From: a virus
Taxonomy: Duplodnaviria > Heunggongvirae > Uroviricota > Caudoviricetes
DNA: 42,541 nt
Direction: 5' to 3' (one strand)
Virus record (IMG/VR): IMGVR_UViG_2529293215_000009
In this document: in pieces, positions 26,805 through 36,622 of the stretch
Layout of the letters: each line of letters starts with the position of its first letter
Position numbering within the stretch: the stretch's first letter is position 1
The notes under the pieces: model-generated
What the model was told of the DNA's origin: nothing
Databases searched by the model: none
What the model saw: only the letters and a program-made list of their open reading frames with translations
Made by a program: the position numbers and the translations under genes

Positions 26805-28880
26805 ATGGCCCGAAATCTCAGAGCATCTCTGATAGTTGATTTGCTCGGCAATATCTCAGCCAAATCCCGCCAGTGGTCACAGGAGCTGGGGGCATTCTCA
26901 CGCTCCGGCCAGGCGGGGCTGGGTGGCCTGGGAAATGCTGCCCGCCGTGCCGGGCAGGAAACAGATGTACTCGGAAGCAGAATGCAGCGCACGCTGGCCG
27001 GGGTGCGGGGCAGTATCCGCCATGTCACTTCTGATTTTGACCGTCTTCAGGGCAGTATTACCGGCACCATCGGGCGGATCAGCAATCTTTACGGAATGCT
27101 GGCCGGTGGTGCTGCTGTATATGGCTTTAACCGGGGATTTATTCGCCCGGCAGCGGAGATGGAAACCTATATGATTCGCCTGAACTCCCTTTACAAAGGG
27201 GATCGGGCGAAAACTGATGATGTCCGCAGGTGGGCAATACAGAATGCGAAGGAAACCACCTGGGGGCTGGCTGGCGTCATGCAGGAATATACGTCCAGTC
27301 TGGGCTTTGGTATGAGTGACAGGGAGGCCCGAAATTTTGTCACCATGCTTCAGGATCAGGGTGCCGTGGGCGGCTGGTCACTGTCCGATGCACAGGGGGC
27401 ATCCCTGCAACTGAAACAGATGTATGCAAGAGGCAGTATTCAGGCGGCGGATGCAAATATTCTTGCCACCTACGGCATTAATGCCTACCGCGTGCTGGCT
27501 GATCGTCTGGGTGTGGACCAGAAAGTGGTCAGAAAACTTGGTGAAAAAGGGCTGCTTGGGCCGGACAGTATTCGCCTGTTATTTCAGACGCTGGCGGAAC
27601 AGGCCAGGGGAGCACAAAAGGACGCAATGAATTCCTGGAGTGGCCTGACGGCCATGATGGGTGACGTCTGGGACCAGTTTGCCCGGGATGTGATGGACAG
27701 TGGGCCATTTGAAAAACTGAAGGGTAATCTCAGGGGATTTCTTTCATGGGTTGACAGTGCCAAATCTGATGGCAGTTACCATTCCCTGGCGGAAAGCACG
27801 GCATCAGCCATGAACCAGGGCTTTGAGTATGCCCGTGATGCAGTGACAGGGTTTTATCAGGCGATCAGAAAGGTACGCGACACGCTTCAGGCTCTGCGGG
27901 ATGCGGGCTATGGTGATGCGCTGGATCGCATTGGTCAGGGGGCACAGACTGCCGCGAAATACCTGCTGTACATGTATCTCGCCACCCGTGCCCTGAAAAT
28001 GGCGCGGGCTGTCGGAACGGGGATTATACGTCCGGGTGCTGCATTGCTGGGATACGGATTATCAGCGGCGGCCTTCCTGACTTCACCTTTCCGGCGCTCT
28101 CCTCCGGCCGGAACACCACCAGGCACATCTCAGGGACGAGGGCAACGTTTTATAAACTTTCTTACCGGGGTAAATCCGGCAGCCGTTCAGCCAGTACTTG
28201 TAACAAACTGGCCCACAGGAGGACTGTCCGGCACCGGCGCGACCGATACATCCTCAGGCGGACGTCAGGGGCGGGGCCGCAGGAAACGCGGACCGGGGCG
28301 CGGAAGACCGGTCACGCCTCCCCTGCCACCGTCCCCAGTGCCACCGTCTCCCTCTTCTGGTGGGGCAGGGTTCTGGGGGCGCATGATGGGGCGCGCCGGT
28401 GGGTTACTTTCGTCTGTCGGTAGCCGCATGGGGCTGGGGCGTTTCTCCGGCTTTTTCCGCAGTGCCGGTGGACTGGCCGGCCGGCTGGGTGGAGGTGCCC
28501 TGTGGGCTGGCGCGATGGCAGCCCCGGTTCTGCTGGATGGCAGCGCCAGTGCCACAGACAAGGGAGAAGCGGTCGGCTCTCTTGCAGGCAGTATTGCCGG
28601 TGGTGCGCTGGGGGCGGCAGCCGGACCTGTGGGGATTGCCATTGGTTCTACGGTGGGCAGCTATCTCGGTAACTATCTGGGGGGATGGCTGACTGAAGCC
28701 TGGCAGAAATTACGGGGCAGTGATGATGAAAGCAGTGGACAGGCGGTACAAAAAGCCTCTGCCCGTGTGGAGCTGGTTGCCCCGGAAGGGTGGCAGGCTC
28801 GCAGTATTGATATTGATGACACGTCCGGTCACGGACTGGATGTGAATGTCTGGAACGGAGGGAATTATGGCCTCTGGTGA
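26805..28880 (+). CDS. tail tape measure protein
   Basis: 691 aa; Gly-rich and proline-rich low-complexity C-terminal half; between chaperone and baseplate genes. Confidence 0.8.
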   Translation: MARNLRASLIVDLLGNISAKSRQWSQELGAFSRSGQAGLGGLGNAARRAGQETDVLGSRMQRTLAGVRGSIRHVTSDFDRLQGSITGTIGRISNLYGMLAGGAAVYGFNRGFIRPAAEMETYMIRLNSLYKGDRAKTDDVRRWAIQNAKETTWGLAGVMQEYTSSLGFGMSDREARNFVTMLQDQGAVGGWSLSDAQGASLQLKQMYARGSIQAADANILATYGINAYRVLADRLGVDQKVVRKLGEKGLLGPDSIRLLFQTLAEQARGAQKDAMNSWSGLTAMMGDVWDQFARDVMDSGPFEKLKGNLRGFLSWVDSAKSDGSYHSLAESTASAMNQGFEYARDAVTGFYQAIRKVRDTLQALRDAGYGDALDRIGQGAQTAAKYLLYMYLATRALKMARAVGTGIIRPGAALLGYGLSAAAFLTSPFRRSPPAGTPPGTSQGRGQRFINFLTGVNPAAVQPVLVTNWPTGGLSGTGATDTSSGGRQGRGRRKRGPGRGRPVTPPLPPSPVPPSPSSGGAGFWGRMMGRAGGLLSSVGSRMGLGRFSGFFRSAGGLAGRLGGGALWAGAMAAPVLLDGSASATDKGEAVGSLAGSIAGGALGAAAGPVGIAIGSTVGSYLGNYLGGWLTEAWQKLRGSDDESSGQAVQKASARVELVAPEGWQARSIDIDDTSGHGLDVNVWNGGNYGLW

Positions 28881-30216
28881 CGGTCGTGGTGCGTTCCGTG
28901 GTGTGCCGTTCCTCGTCTGGCGTGAGCAGCGCGAACGTGGCGGGCGAAACATTGTCCGTCGGGAATATCCGTTACGGGAAACCGGTGGTGCAGACGATCT
29001 GGGACCTAAACTGGCTGAATTTACGTTCAGTGTACTTGTGATGGGGGATGATGTTCAGACACAGCGAAATCGTCTGCGTGATGCCCTTCGTGCACCCGGT
29101 GCCGGGGAGCTGCTTCACCCGGATTACGGCACGTTAAATGTGCTGATAAACAGCTTTGAAAGTCGTTATAACGCTGCTGAACAGGGCGTGGTTGAGTTCA
29201 CCATTAATGTCACGCCGGTAAGTGATGATACCGCACCTGCTGTCACACAGGACACGGCCGCCATTCTGGAGCAGAAGAGTACCACCGCGCTCGGGAAGGT
29301 TTTTGAAACCCTGGAAGCGGGCTGGACGGTGATTTCTGACGGAATGCACGATGTCCAGGCAATGACCGAAACCATCAGCGATAAGGTGTCCGCCCTGGAA
29401 AATGCCGTTTCCGGCATGGGGATTGTACAGGATATCAGTGCCTTTACTGCCACGTTCACGGCGCTGAAAGGGAATGCCACGGCATTACTGACAGCACCTT
29501 CCCGCATGGCCTCATCTTTTGCGGGGCTTTTCAGTGCCCTGATCACCCTGCCATCGCTGCCGTCACTGTCTTCAGGAGGCCTGAATACCCGGCCCGGTGG
29601 CAGTATCGGCCGGACGACATCCGCCGTCTCTCAGGGAATGCCGCAACTGTACAGGACATTATCTTCCCTGCGTTACGTGCTGGATGAGCAGGATAATCCG
29701 CAGACTCTCATCGGTCTGACACCGGCAGCACAAAAGAATATTCGTCTGATACGGGCGGTAATGCAGAGTGCTGCCGTGGTGGCCCAGGCACAGACCGTGG
29801 GAAAACTGCTGGATCAGGTTCTCAGTCAGGAAACCCTGCCGGACAGTGACGCAGCCCACCGTACCTGGCCTGTCTGGCTGGAAAGTTCAGTTGATCTTCA
29901 GCGCATTAACCGTGACTTAAGCGAAGCGCTCGAACGGCAGGTGATGACACTGTCCGGGCAGGGGTATACCGCCACGGCGCTGACGCTTCGTGATGCCAGA
30001 CTGGCACTGACAGAGGATCTGAATACACGGGGAGTTCAGCTACCCGGTGCAACAGTAGTGACTGTACGTACCACCGAGCCTGCACTGGTGACCCTGTACC
30101 GTGCCACCGGGAACAGTACCGGCTGGCAACGTTTTGTGCGCCGTAACGGTATTGTTGATCCGCTGTTCATTCCCGGAGGCCATTCAGTGGAGGTGATTAG
30201 TGAGCAGCAGGGTTGA
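28867..30216 (+). CDS. tail/DNA circularisation protein (Mu N-like)
   Basis: ORF 28846..30216; GGAGGG then ATG 28867; follows tape measure. Confidence 0.65.
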   Translation: MASGDGRGAFRGVPFLVWREQRERGGRNIVRREYPLRETGGADDLGPKLAEFTFSVLVMGDDVQTQRNRLRDALRAPGAGELLHPDYGTLNVLINSFESRYNAAEQGVVEFTINVTPVSDDTAPAVTQDTAAILEQKSTTALGKVFETLEAGWTVISDGMHDVQAMTETISDKVSALENAVSGMGIVQDISAFTATFTALKGNATALLTAPSRMASSFAGLFSALITLPSLPSLSSGGLNTRPGGSIGRTTSAVSQGMPQLYRTLSSLRYVLDEQDNPQTLIGLTPAAQKNIRLIRAVMQSAAVVAQAQTVGKLLDQVLSQETLPDSDAAHRTWPVWLESSVDLQRINRDLSEALERQVMTLSGQGYTATALTLRDARLALTEDLNTRGVQLPGATVVTVRTTEPALVTLYRATGNSTGWQRFVRRNGIVDPLFIPGGHSVEVISEQQG

Positions 30217-31324
30217 ACTGTATCTGGGCGGTGAGATTTTTTCCGGCTGGCTGACGGTGAGTGTTCGTCGCTCTCTTGAACATCTGGCGGGCTCCTTTGA
30301 ACTGGGGGTAATGATGCCCGGTGTACGCCTTCCGTCATCCGTCCGTGCCGGTCAGTCTCTGGAATTGCGCATTGACGGTCAGCCTGTGATCACTGGCTGG
30401 CTGGATCAGGTCCGGCAGCGCATCAGCGCCACGCGTTTTCAGATCACGCTCAGCGGACGGGATAAAACCGGTGACCTGGTGGACTGTTCAGCCATTCATC
30501 CGGGCAGCCAGTGGAGGAACCGCACGCTGGAGCACATTGCTTCAGATTTGTGTGCTCCGTTCGGGGTCACGGTGCGCTGGCAGGTAAATGATGCAACGGC
30601 AGCCCGGCCCTTTTCCACCTTCACACTGGAAAACTCAGAAACCGTGGCAGATGCGCTGACACGGGCCGCGAGACACAGAGGCGTCCTGGTAACCAGTAAT
30701 GCCGCCGGTGAACTGGTTTTCACTCAGGCCGGCAGTCAGCGTGGCGACACGCTGACGCTGGGCGAAAATCTGCTGGATTTGGATCACAACGTGGATCACC
30801 GTCTGCGCCACAGTGAATACCGTGTACGGGGGCACGGGCGTGGTGGTGGTCATGCCGGGGATGCACTGACAGCCGGAACGCTGGCCGCACCCGTTGGTAC
30901 GGTGACAGACAGTGCCATCCACCGTTACAGACCGAAAATTGTGCTGGCGGATCATGCTGTTGATGCAGACGGTGCACGCCAGAGGGCTGTCCGGGAAATG
31001 CGCCGGGCGGTTGCCCGCTCTGTGCGCCTGACAGCCACCGTGCGGCACTGGTTTCGGGAGAACGGCCAGTTGTGGGATATCAACCTGCTGACGGCTGTCA
31101 CGGCTCCCCGCACCGGAGTGGAAGAGCGTGATCTTCTTGTCTGTCAGGTGGAGTTTTCGCTGGATGCAAATCACGGCGAAACCACCCGTCTGATTCTGGC
31201 ACCCCGTGACGGCTTTATTGTTCCGGCAGAGCCGGGAAACAGCGGAAGCGGAAATGCGGGTGACGTGGACGCCTTCGTGCGGGCACAGATGAAAAAACAG
31301 GGGATTAAATTCAATGATGAATGA
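30200..31324 (+). CDS. baseplate hub / tail protein (Mu P-like)
   Basis: 374 aa; GTG start after GGAGGTGA; position after N. Confidence 0.65.
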   Translation: MSSRVELYLGGEIFSGWLTVSVRRSLEHLAGSFELGVMMPGVRLPSSVRAGQSLELRIDGQPVITGWLDQVRQRISATRFQITLSGRDKTGDLVDCSAIHPGSQWRNRTLEHIASDLCAPFGVTVRWQVNDATAARPFSTFTLENSETVADALTRAARHRGVLVTSNAAGELVFTQAGSQRGDTLTLGENLLDLDHNVDHRLRHSEYRVRGHGRGGGHAGDALTAGTLAAPVGTVTDSAIHRYRPKIVLADHAVDADGARQRAVREMRRAVARSVRLTATVRHWFRENGQLWDINLLTAVTAPRTGVEERDLLVCQVEFSLDANHGETTRLILAPRDGFIVPAEPGNSGSGNAGDVDAFVRAQMKKQGIKFNDE

Positions 31325-31928
31325 CGAAGTCATCAGCCGCCTTCTGGCCCCCGTGATGCGGGGTGTTCGTCTGCTGTTCGGGCGTGGTGTACTGACCGGC
31401 ACAACGGACACGATGAAAATCCAGAATGTGCAAATCACCGGTATGGATGGTGAAACCTTTGATGACGTTGAACGCCCCCAGCAGTACGGGCAAATCAGCG
31501 TCCCCCTGCCTGGTGCGGAAGTTTTTCTGGCCTGTGCTGGCGGACAACGGGATCAGGCCGTGGTGCTTGTGGTGGAAGACCGCCGCAGTCGCCCGACCGG
31601 ACTTACCGCCGGAGATACCGGCGTGTATCACCATGAGGGGCACCGTATACGTCTGACAAAGAACGGCCGGATCATTGTGACCTGTAAGACGCTGGAGATT
31701 TACGCCGATGAAGGTGTTCAGGTGGATACACCGGAGGCTCACTTTACCGGTAATGTCACAGTGGATAAGAACCTGCATGTCAAAGGCAATGTGTCCATTG
31801 ACGGCACCGGAAGATCACAGGGGACGTTCACGATGTCCGAAGCGGTTATTGCCGGGATCACCTATTCAGGTCATGTGCATCACGATAACGGTGAAGGCAG
31901 CAAAACGGGAGGACCAGAGAATGGCTGA
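31314..31928 (+). CDS. baseplate assembly protein V-like (spike; Mu gp45 position)
   Basis: 204 aa within baseplate cluster. Confidence 0.6.
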   Translation: MMNDEVISRLLAPVMRGVRLLFGRGVLTGTTDTMKIQNVQITGMDGETFDDVERPQQYGQISVPLPGAEVFLACAGGQRDQAVVLVVEDRRSRPTGLTAGDTGVYHHEGHRIRLTKNGRIIVTCKTLEIYADEGVQVDTPEAHFTGNVTVDKNLHVKGNVSIDGTGRSQGTFTMSEAVIAGITYSGHVHHDNGEGSKTGGPENG

Positions 31929-32358
31929 TATTGCTGTCGTCTGGGATCAGGGTTGCGGTTCCCTGCAACTGAACGGCGCAGATCTTCTGACGGATAACAG
32001 CCTGCTGACTGCGGTCATTATTTCACTGTTTACGGACAGGCGGGCGCTGGATTCCGATGAAATCCCTGACGGCACCCGTGACCGTCGGGGATGGTGGGGA
32101 GACAGTTTCCGGGAGCGCCCCGTTGGCTCCCGTCTCTGGCTGTTAAGCCGTGAAAAGACGCTGTCCTCCGTGGTCAGCCGTGCACAGGCCTATGCTGATG
32201 AAGCGCTGGCGTGGCTGCATAAAAGCGGTGCTGCCACATCCGTGGTATGTCATGCCATGCGTGTGGGGCATGCTCGCCTTTCGCTTTCCGTGAAAATCAC
32301 CCTGCCGGACGGAAGCAGACATCCGATGATTTTTTATGCTGATATGAAGGGGGAATGA
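31921..32358 (+). CDS. baseplate protein (GP46-like)
   Basis: ORF 31708..32358, ATG at 31921 overlapping previous stop (ATGGCTGA); 145 aa. Confidence 0.6.
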   Translation: MADIAVVWDQGCGSLQLNGADLLTDNSLLTAVIISLFTDRRALDSDEIPDGTRDRRGWWGDSFRERPVGSRLWLLSREKTLSSVVSRAQAYADEALAWLHKSGAATSVVCHAMRVGHARLSLSVKITLPDGSRHPMIFYADMKGE

Positions 32359-33440
32359 TGCCTTATCAGCCCTTACCACTGGCGCAACTGATCACACAGA
32401 CACAACAGGATATCAGCCAGCGCCTGCCCGGTTCGCAGCCGGGCGTGAATGAAACCACCCTGAATGCCATTGCGTATGCACTGGCGGGTCTGTCAGCACA
32501 GGAGCATGAACATCTGGCCTGGATCTCCCGGCAGATAATTCCGACAGAAGCTGATGAAGCCGAACTCCTGAAACACTGCGCATTCTGGGGTGTCATCCGT
32601 AAACCGGCTTCCCGCGCTGACGGACCGGTACAACTGATGCTGACCACGGATGCAGGGATCACGGAAGGCGTACTCCTTCAGCGAAGCGATGGTGTTGTGT
32701 ACCGCATCACCGGCTCTGCGACCGGAAAAGCCGGAACACTGAATGTTAATGTGGAGGCGGAAAGTGCGGGGCGCGCTGGAAATACCCCGACCGGAACCCG
32801 CCTGTCCTTTATCACGCCACAGGCGGGCATCAACCAGACAGCCACGGTCACCGGCACGGGACTCACCGGTGGTGCGGATGTGGAAACGGTGCCGGAGTTG
32901 CTGTCCAGGCTGGTATTCCGGGTACAGAACCCGCCATCAGGGGGAACACAGTATGATTTTGAACGCTGGGCACGGGAAGTACCGGGCGTGACGCGGGCAT
33001 GGTGTAAGCCTGAATGGCCTGAGGCGGGTAGTGTTGGTGTGACTTTTGTTCAGGATAATAACCCTGACATTTTCCCCGGAGAAGGTGATGTGAAGCGGGT
33101 GGCGGATTATATCCGCAGTCATGATGATCCGGCGACGGGCCAGCCCGTTGGTCAGCCACTTGGGCCGACAATCAGCGTGTTTAAGCTGACCAATAAGCCG
33201 GTGGCGTTTGAGATCAGGATTGTACCCAAAACGCCGGAAAATCAGGCTGCCGTAAAACAGGCATTAACGGACCTGCTTTATAACGAATCGCGGCCGGGTG
33301 GACTTGTATTGCCTTCATCATTCTGGCGGGCTGTTGCAGGGGTGAAAGGACTGGAGGATTTTGAAGTTCGCAGCCCGCTGAAGTCCGTGATGGCCGGAGA
33401 TACAGAGTTGCTGACCGTGGGGGAAATCACATGGCTGTAA
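32355..33440 (+). CDS. baseplate J-like protein (Mu gp47 position)
   Basis: 361 aa, overlapping start (ATGATG), between gp46-like and gp48-like. Confidence 0.7.
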   Translation: MMPYQPLPLAQLITQTQQDISQRLPGSQPGVNETTLNAIAYALAGLSAQEHEHLAWISRQIIPTEADEAELLKHCAFWGVIRKPASRADGPVQLMLTTDAGITEGVLLQRSDGVVYRITGSATGKAGTLNVNVEAESAGRAGNTPTGTRLSFITPQAGINQTATVTGTGLTGGADVETVPELLSRLVFRVQNPPSGGTQYDFERWAREVPGVTRAWCKPEWPEAGSVGVTFVQDNNPDIFPGEGDVKRVADYIRSHDDPATGQPVGQPLGPTISVFKLTNKPVAFEIRIVPKTPENQAAVKQALTDLLYNESRPGGLVLPSSFWRAVAGVKGLEDFEVRSPLKSVMAGDTELLTVGEITWL

Positions 33441-33991
33441 CCCTGACCCCGCATCAGCGTGCCCTGTTGCAGTTGCTGCCTGACGGGCTGGCATGGGATA
33501 AGCGGCCGTCATCCGTTCTTGCGGCTTTGTGCCTGGGCCTCAGTCATTCCACGGAGCGTGTTTCCTGGACCGGTAACCAGATGCTGGCAGAACGTTTTCC
33601 TGATTCATCCCGTCTGCTGCTGGAAGACTGGGAGCGTTATCTGGGGTTACCGGAATGTGATATGACCGGCGCAACAATTCAGGAGCGTCAGCGTTATGCC
33701 GGGAATAAATACCGGATGAAACCCTCTCTTAACCGTGAATTTTATATCCGGTTTGCGGCAGAGTTTGGTTATGAAATAGATATTCAGCCATCACCGGATT
33801 CACAGTGGGTCAGTATTGTCACGATTAACAGTGAAACCGGCTACCGGAATATGAATGTGCTGGATGATATTCTCACGCCGCTGCGTATTTATGAAGGCGG
33901 TGCGCTGGAATGTATTCTGAACCGTTATAAGCCTGCATGGCAGACGTTTATTTACGTGTATGCAAACAGCCATGAAGAGGAGACTATTTAA
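33431..33991 (+). CDS. tail protein (Mu gp48 position)
   Basis: 186 aa immediately upstream of tail fibre gene. Confidence 0.6.
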   Translation: MAVTLTPHQRALLQLLPDGLAWDKRPSSVLAALCLGLSHSTERVSWTGNQMLAERFPDSSRLLLEDWERYLGLPECDMTGATIQERQRYAGNKYRMKPSLNREFYIRFAAEFGYEIDIQPSPDSQWVSIVTINSETGYRNMNVLDDILTPLRIYEGGALECILNRYKPAWQTFIYVYANSHEEETI

Positions 33992-34902
33992 TGTTTCATG
34001 TTGATAATAATTCCGGCGTGGCGAATATGCCTGCGCTGGCACCGGCGCAGAGTAATACCACCACCTGGTTTACCGAAGGTGACGGACAAAAAGGTATCAG
34101 CTGGATTGGTCAGGACTGGCTGAATATTCTCCAGGCCGAACTGCTGAATATTCTGGCTGAAGCCAGTATTCAGCCGGATAAGGCGCAGTTAAACCAGCTT
34201 ACGCTGTCCATTAAAGCCATTATCGCTGCGAATGCCTTTTCCCGGAAAAACAACCTGAAAGAAATTGCTGATGCCGGTGCGGAAGCCCAGCGTCTTGCCC
34301 GTGGTTATCTTGGTCTTGGGGCGCTTGCCACAAAAAACAGTCTTGGTCCCGGTGACGTTAATGCTCTGGCGAAGGATCAGAACCTTGCCGACCTGGAGAA
34401 TGCGGGAACCGCCCGTAATAATCTGGATGTTTACAGCAAAAGCGAAGGTGATAACCGTTACCTGCGCAGGGAGCAGAACGGCGCAGACATTCCGGATAAA
34501 GGCGCTTTTATCGATAACGTCGGTTTACGGGAAACGGTAAATAAGGCTGCTGATGCCCTGCCATCGGGTGGAACCGCCGTGGCAGCAAACAGACTCGCCA
34601 CCCCAAGAAATATTAATGGCGTTCCTTTTGACGGAACGCAGGATATCAACATCACGTCAGGAATGACGCAGTCAACCGCAGATGGCCGGTATGTACAGAA
34701 TGTTCAGCTTGGAGCACAGAGCTATCATTCACCCGGAGGCAATGAAATATCATGGAATTACAGCGCACCTTCCGGTTGTATGCTTTCCGGTATTAACGTG
34801 CAGGAAACCGGCTCCCGGTCTGCGGACAATATCGGTGGGGTCTATTATCGCCCGGTTCAGATTTATATTAATAATGCCTGGAGAACGGTAAGTTCAGTGT
34901 AA
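33991..34902 (+). CDS. S: tail fibre protein S (constant part 33991..34520 fused to variable part Sv 34521..34902)
   Basis: 303 aa; gix-like site inside coding sequence at 34508..34533; C-terminal YYRPVQIYINNAWRTVSSV parallels the inverted cassette on the other strand. Confidence 0.8.
   Translation: MFHVDNNSGVANMPALAPAQSNTTTWFTEGDGQKGISWIGQDWLNILQAELLNILAEASIQPDKAQLNQLTLSIKAIIAANAFSRKNNLKEIADAGAEAQRLARGYLGLGALATKNSLGPGDVNALAKDQNLADLENAGTARNNLDVYSKSEGDNRYLRREQNGADIPDKGAFIDNVGLRETVNKAADALPSGGTAVAANRLATPRNINGVPFDGTQDINITSGMTQSTADGRYVQNVQLGAQSYHSPGGNEISWNYSAPSGCMLSGINVQETGSRSADNIGGVYYRPVQIYINNAWRTVSSV
34508..34533. promoter_or_regulatory. gix-like recombination site (left), inside S
   Basis: TTATCGATAACG TC GGTTTACGGGAA; resembles Gin/Hin site consensus TTATCCAAAACCTCGGTTTACAGGAA; core TCGGTTTACGGGA shared with right site in inverted orientation. 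Confidence 0.7.
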
Positions 34903-34936
34903 ACCACAGAAAAGGGTGCTGAATGCACCCTCTGAA

Positions 34937-35458
34937 TTATTCCGGTTTTTCCGGCCAGGGAATCGCCTGGTAATGCCCCTCACTGGCAATATCATTAAAG
35001 TGCATTTCTTTAAGCTGTCGGATATACGCCATCCAGCGCGTCAGCTGTAATTTATTTTCATCGCTAATCATGTCCAGTTTTAATTCTGTTTTCCAGTCAT
35101 CCACGGTTTCGTTGGCTTCCTGGAGCAGCGATGAGCGACGCTTTTCAGCAACCGTCTTCCAGTTTACCGGCACCTTTGATATCAGGCCATCAGAACACTG
35201 CCAGTTACCGTCAATATTCACACCTTCCGGCAGTTCGTCCACTTCAACAACAGTAAAACCTGCCGGATATAAAGCAGAGACATCTTCAGCAACAGAGCAG
35301 ATAATACCCGTTACAGGCGAAATACAGAGTTTGTATTTCTTTGTGAAAAGCGGGATAGATTCATAAAAATCCCTTCCGTCCTCACTCTGGAAATACTGAA
35401 CATCCTCACCATAGGGTTTGTGTTCCGGGTAATATCGTTTTACGTTAATAAGCTCCAT
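34937..35458 (-). CDS. tail fibre assembly protein (Tfa, U-prime equivalent)
   Basis: ORF 34937..35569; ATG at 35458 preceded by AAGGTG; C-terminus WMAYIRQLKEMHFND...AIPWPEKPE resembles Tfa family. Confidence 0.7.
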   Translation of the reverse strand: MELINVKRYYPEHKPYGEDVQYFQSEDGRDFYESIPLFTKKYKLCISPVTGIICSVAEDVSALYPAGFTVVEVDELPEGVNIDGNWQCSDGLISKVPVNWKTVAEKRRSSLLQEANETVDDWKTELKLDMISDENKLQLTRWMAYIRQLKEMHFNDIASEGHYQAIPWPEKPE

Positions 35459-35537
35459 TATTTCACCTTGTTTTTGTTGAAAAGACAAAATCATCATATA
35501 TTTATTCAGATAATCTGTTTTTTGAACTACTGCACTT

Positions 35538-35896
35538 TTATGCGCTGGAAGCTGTTTTCCACGAACCATCTATCAGAAACTGAACAGGTCGATAATATGC
35601 GGTTACCGTTGCATTACCATCACCAGCGACATCAAGCCCTGTAAGTACGCATCCGTCAGGAACTTCAAAAATATTATATTGCATTCCAATCGTTGACCTT
35701 GAACCTCTTCGAATGCTTTGAACATAACGTGAGTCAGCCACAGACTGCGTCATCCCCGATGTAATATTTATATCCTGCGTTCCGTCAAATGGGACACCAT
35801 TAATATTTCTTGGAGTGGCGAGTTTATTCGCTGCAACAGCCGTTCCGTTCGATGGCAGGGCATTCGCGGCCCTGTTTACAGTATCCCGTAAACCGA
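35538..35896 (-). CDS. promoterless alternative tail-fibre C-terminal cassette (Sv-prime)
   Basis: Minus frame open from gixR to stop at 35538..35540; encodes NLGLRDTVNRAANALPSNGTAVAANKLATPRNINGVPFDGTQDINITSGMTQS..., parallel to Sv; no start codon. Confidence 0.7.
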
Positions 35897-35908
35897 GGTT
35901 TCAGGGAT
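35883..35908. promoter_or_regulatory. gix-like recombination site (right), adjacent to gin
   Basis: ATCCCGTAAACC GA GGTTTCAGGGAT, half-sites 10/12 palindromic; central GA complements the TC of the left site. Confidence 0.7.
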
Positions 35909-35962
35909 GCCGTATATCTGCTTTAAAAGGCCTTTCCACCTCTTTTTAAGGAAGGTAAATAC

Positions 35963-36523
35963 ATGCTGATTGGCTATATACGCGTATCAACAAATGACCA
36001 GAACACCGGTTTACAAAGAAATGCGCTGGAATGTGCAGGATGTGAGCAGATTTTTGAAGACAAAATGAGTGGTAAAACGACACAGCGGCCGGGACTGAAG
36101 CGGGCACTGAAGAAACTAAAACCCGGTGACACACTGATGGTCTGGAAACTGGACAGGCTGGGGCGCAGTATGCGCCACCTTGTTGCGCTGACAGATGAAT
36201 TACAGCAACAGGGGATAAATTTTCGTAGTCTTACTGACAACATTGATACGTCAACCCCCATGGGGCGCTTCTTTTTTCACATAATGGGTGCGCTGGCAGA
36301 AATGGAGCGTGAATTAATTGTCGAACGGACACGGGCTGGTCTTGCAGCTGCCCGTGAAAGGGGACGAACCGGCGGCAGACCCCGTCGTCTCACGCAGGAA
36401 CAATACGAGCAGGTCGGGCGTTTACTGGCCGGGGGTGTCAGTCGAAGACAGGTGGCACTTATTTTTGATATCGGCCTTTCAACCCTTTATCGTTATTATC
36501 CTGCGAGCGTTTCGGAAAAATAA
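35963..36523 (+). CDS. gin: serine DNA invertase (Gin/Hin/Pin family)
   Basis: 186 aa; N-terminal MLIGYIRVSTNDQ with catalytic Ser context, C-terminal HTH; immediately next to gix-like site. Confidence 0.92.
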   Translation: MLIGYIRVSTNDQNTGLQRNALECAGCEQIFEDKMSGKTTQRPGLKRALKKLKPGDTLMVWKLDRLGRSMRHLVALTDELQQQGINFRSLTDNIDTSTPMGRFFFHIMGALAEMERELIVERTRAGLAAARERGRTGGRPRRLTQEQYEQVGRLLAGGVSRRQVALIFDIGLSTLYRYYPASVSEK

Positions 36524-36622
36524 GACGCTCCCTTTGTTGGGCCTTTACTGAATTAACGCAAAATGGCGTTTATCGGTCTGTGGATATGATAATTCAGTTT
36601 ATTCAGGAACAGGCTGATTATT

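Larger units (their letters stand above)
34520..35896. mobile_element. Gin-invertible segment (about 1.38 kb)
   Basis: Bounded by inverted gix-like sites; holds Sv on +, and a tail-fibre assembly gene plus alternative C-terminal cassette on -; serine invertase gene adjacent. Confidence 0.75.
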
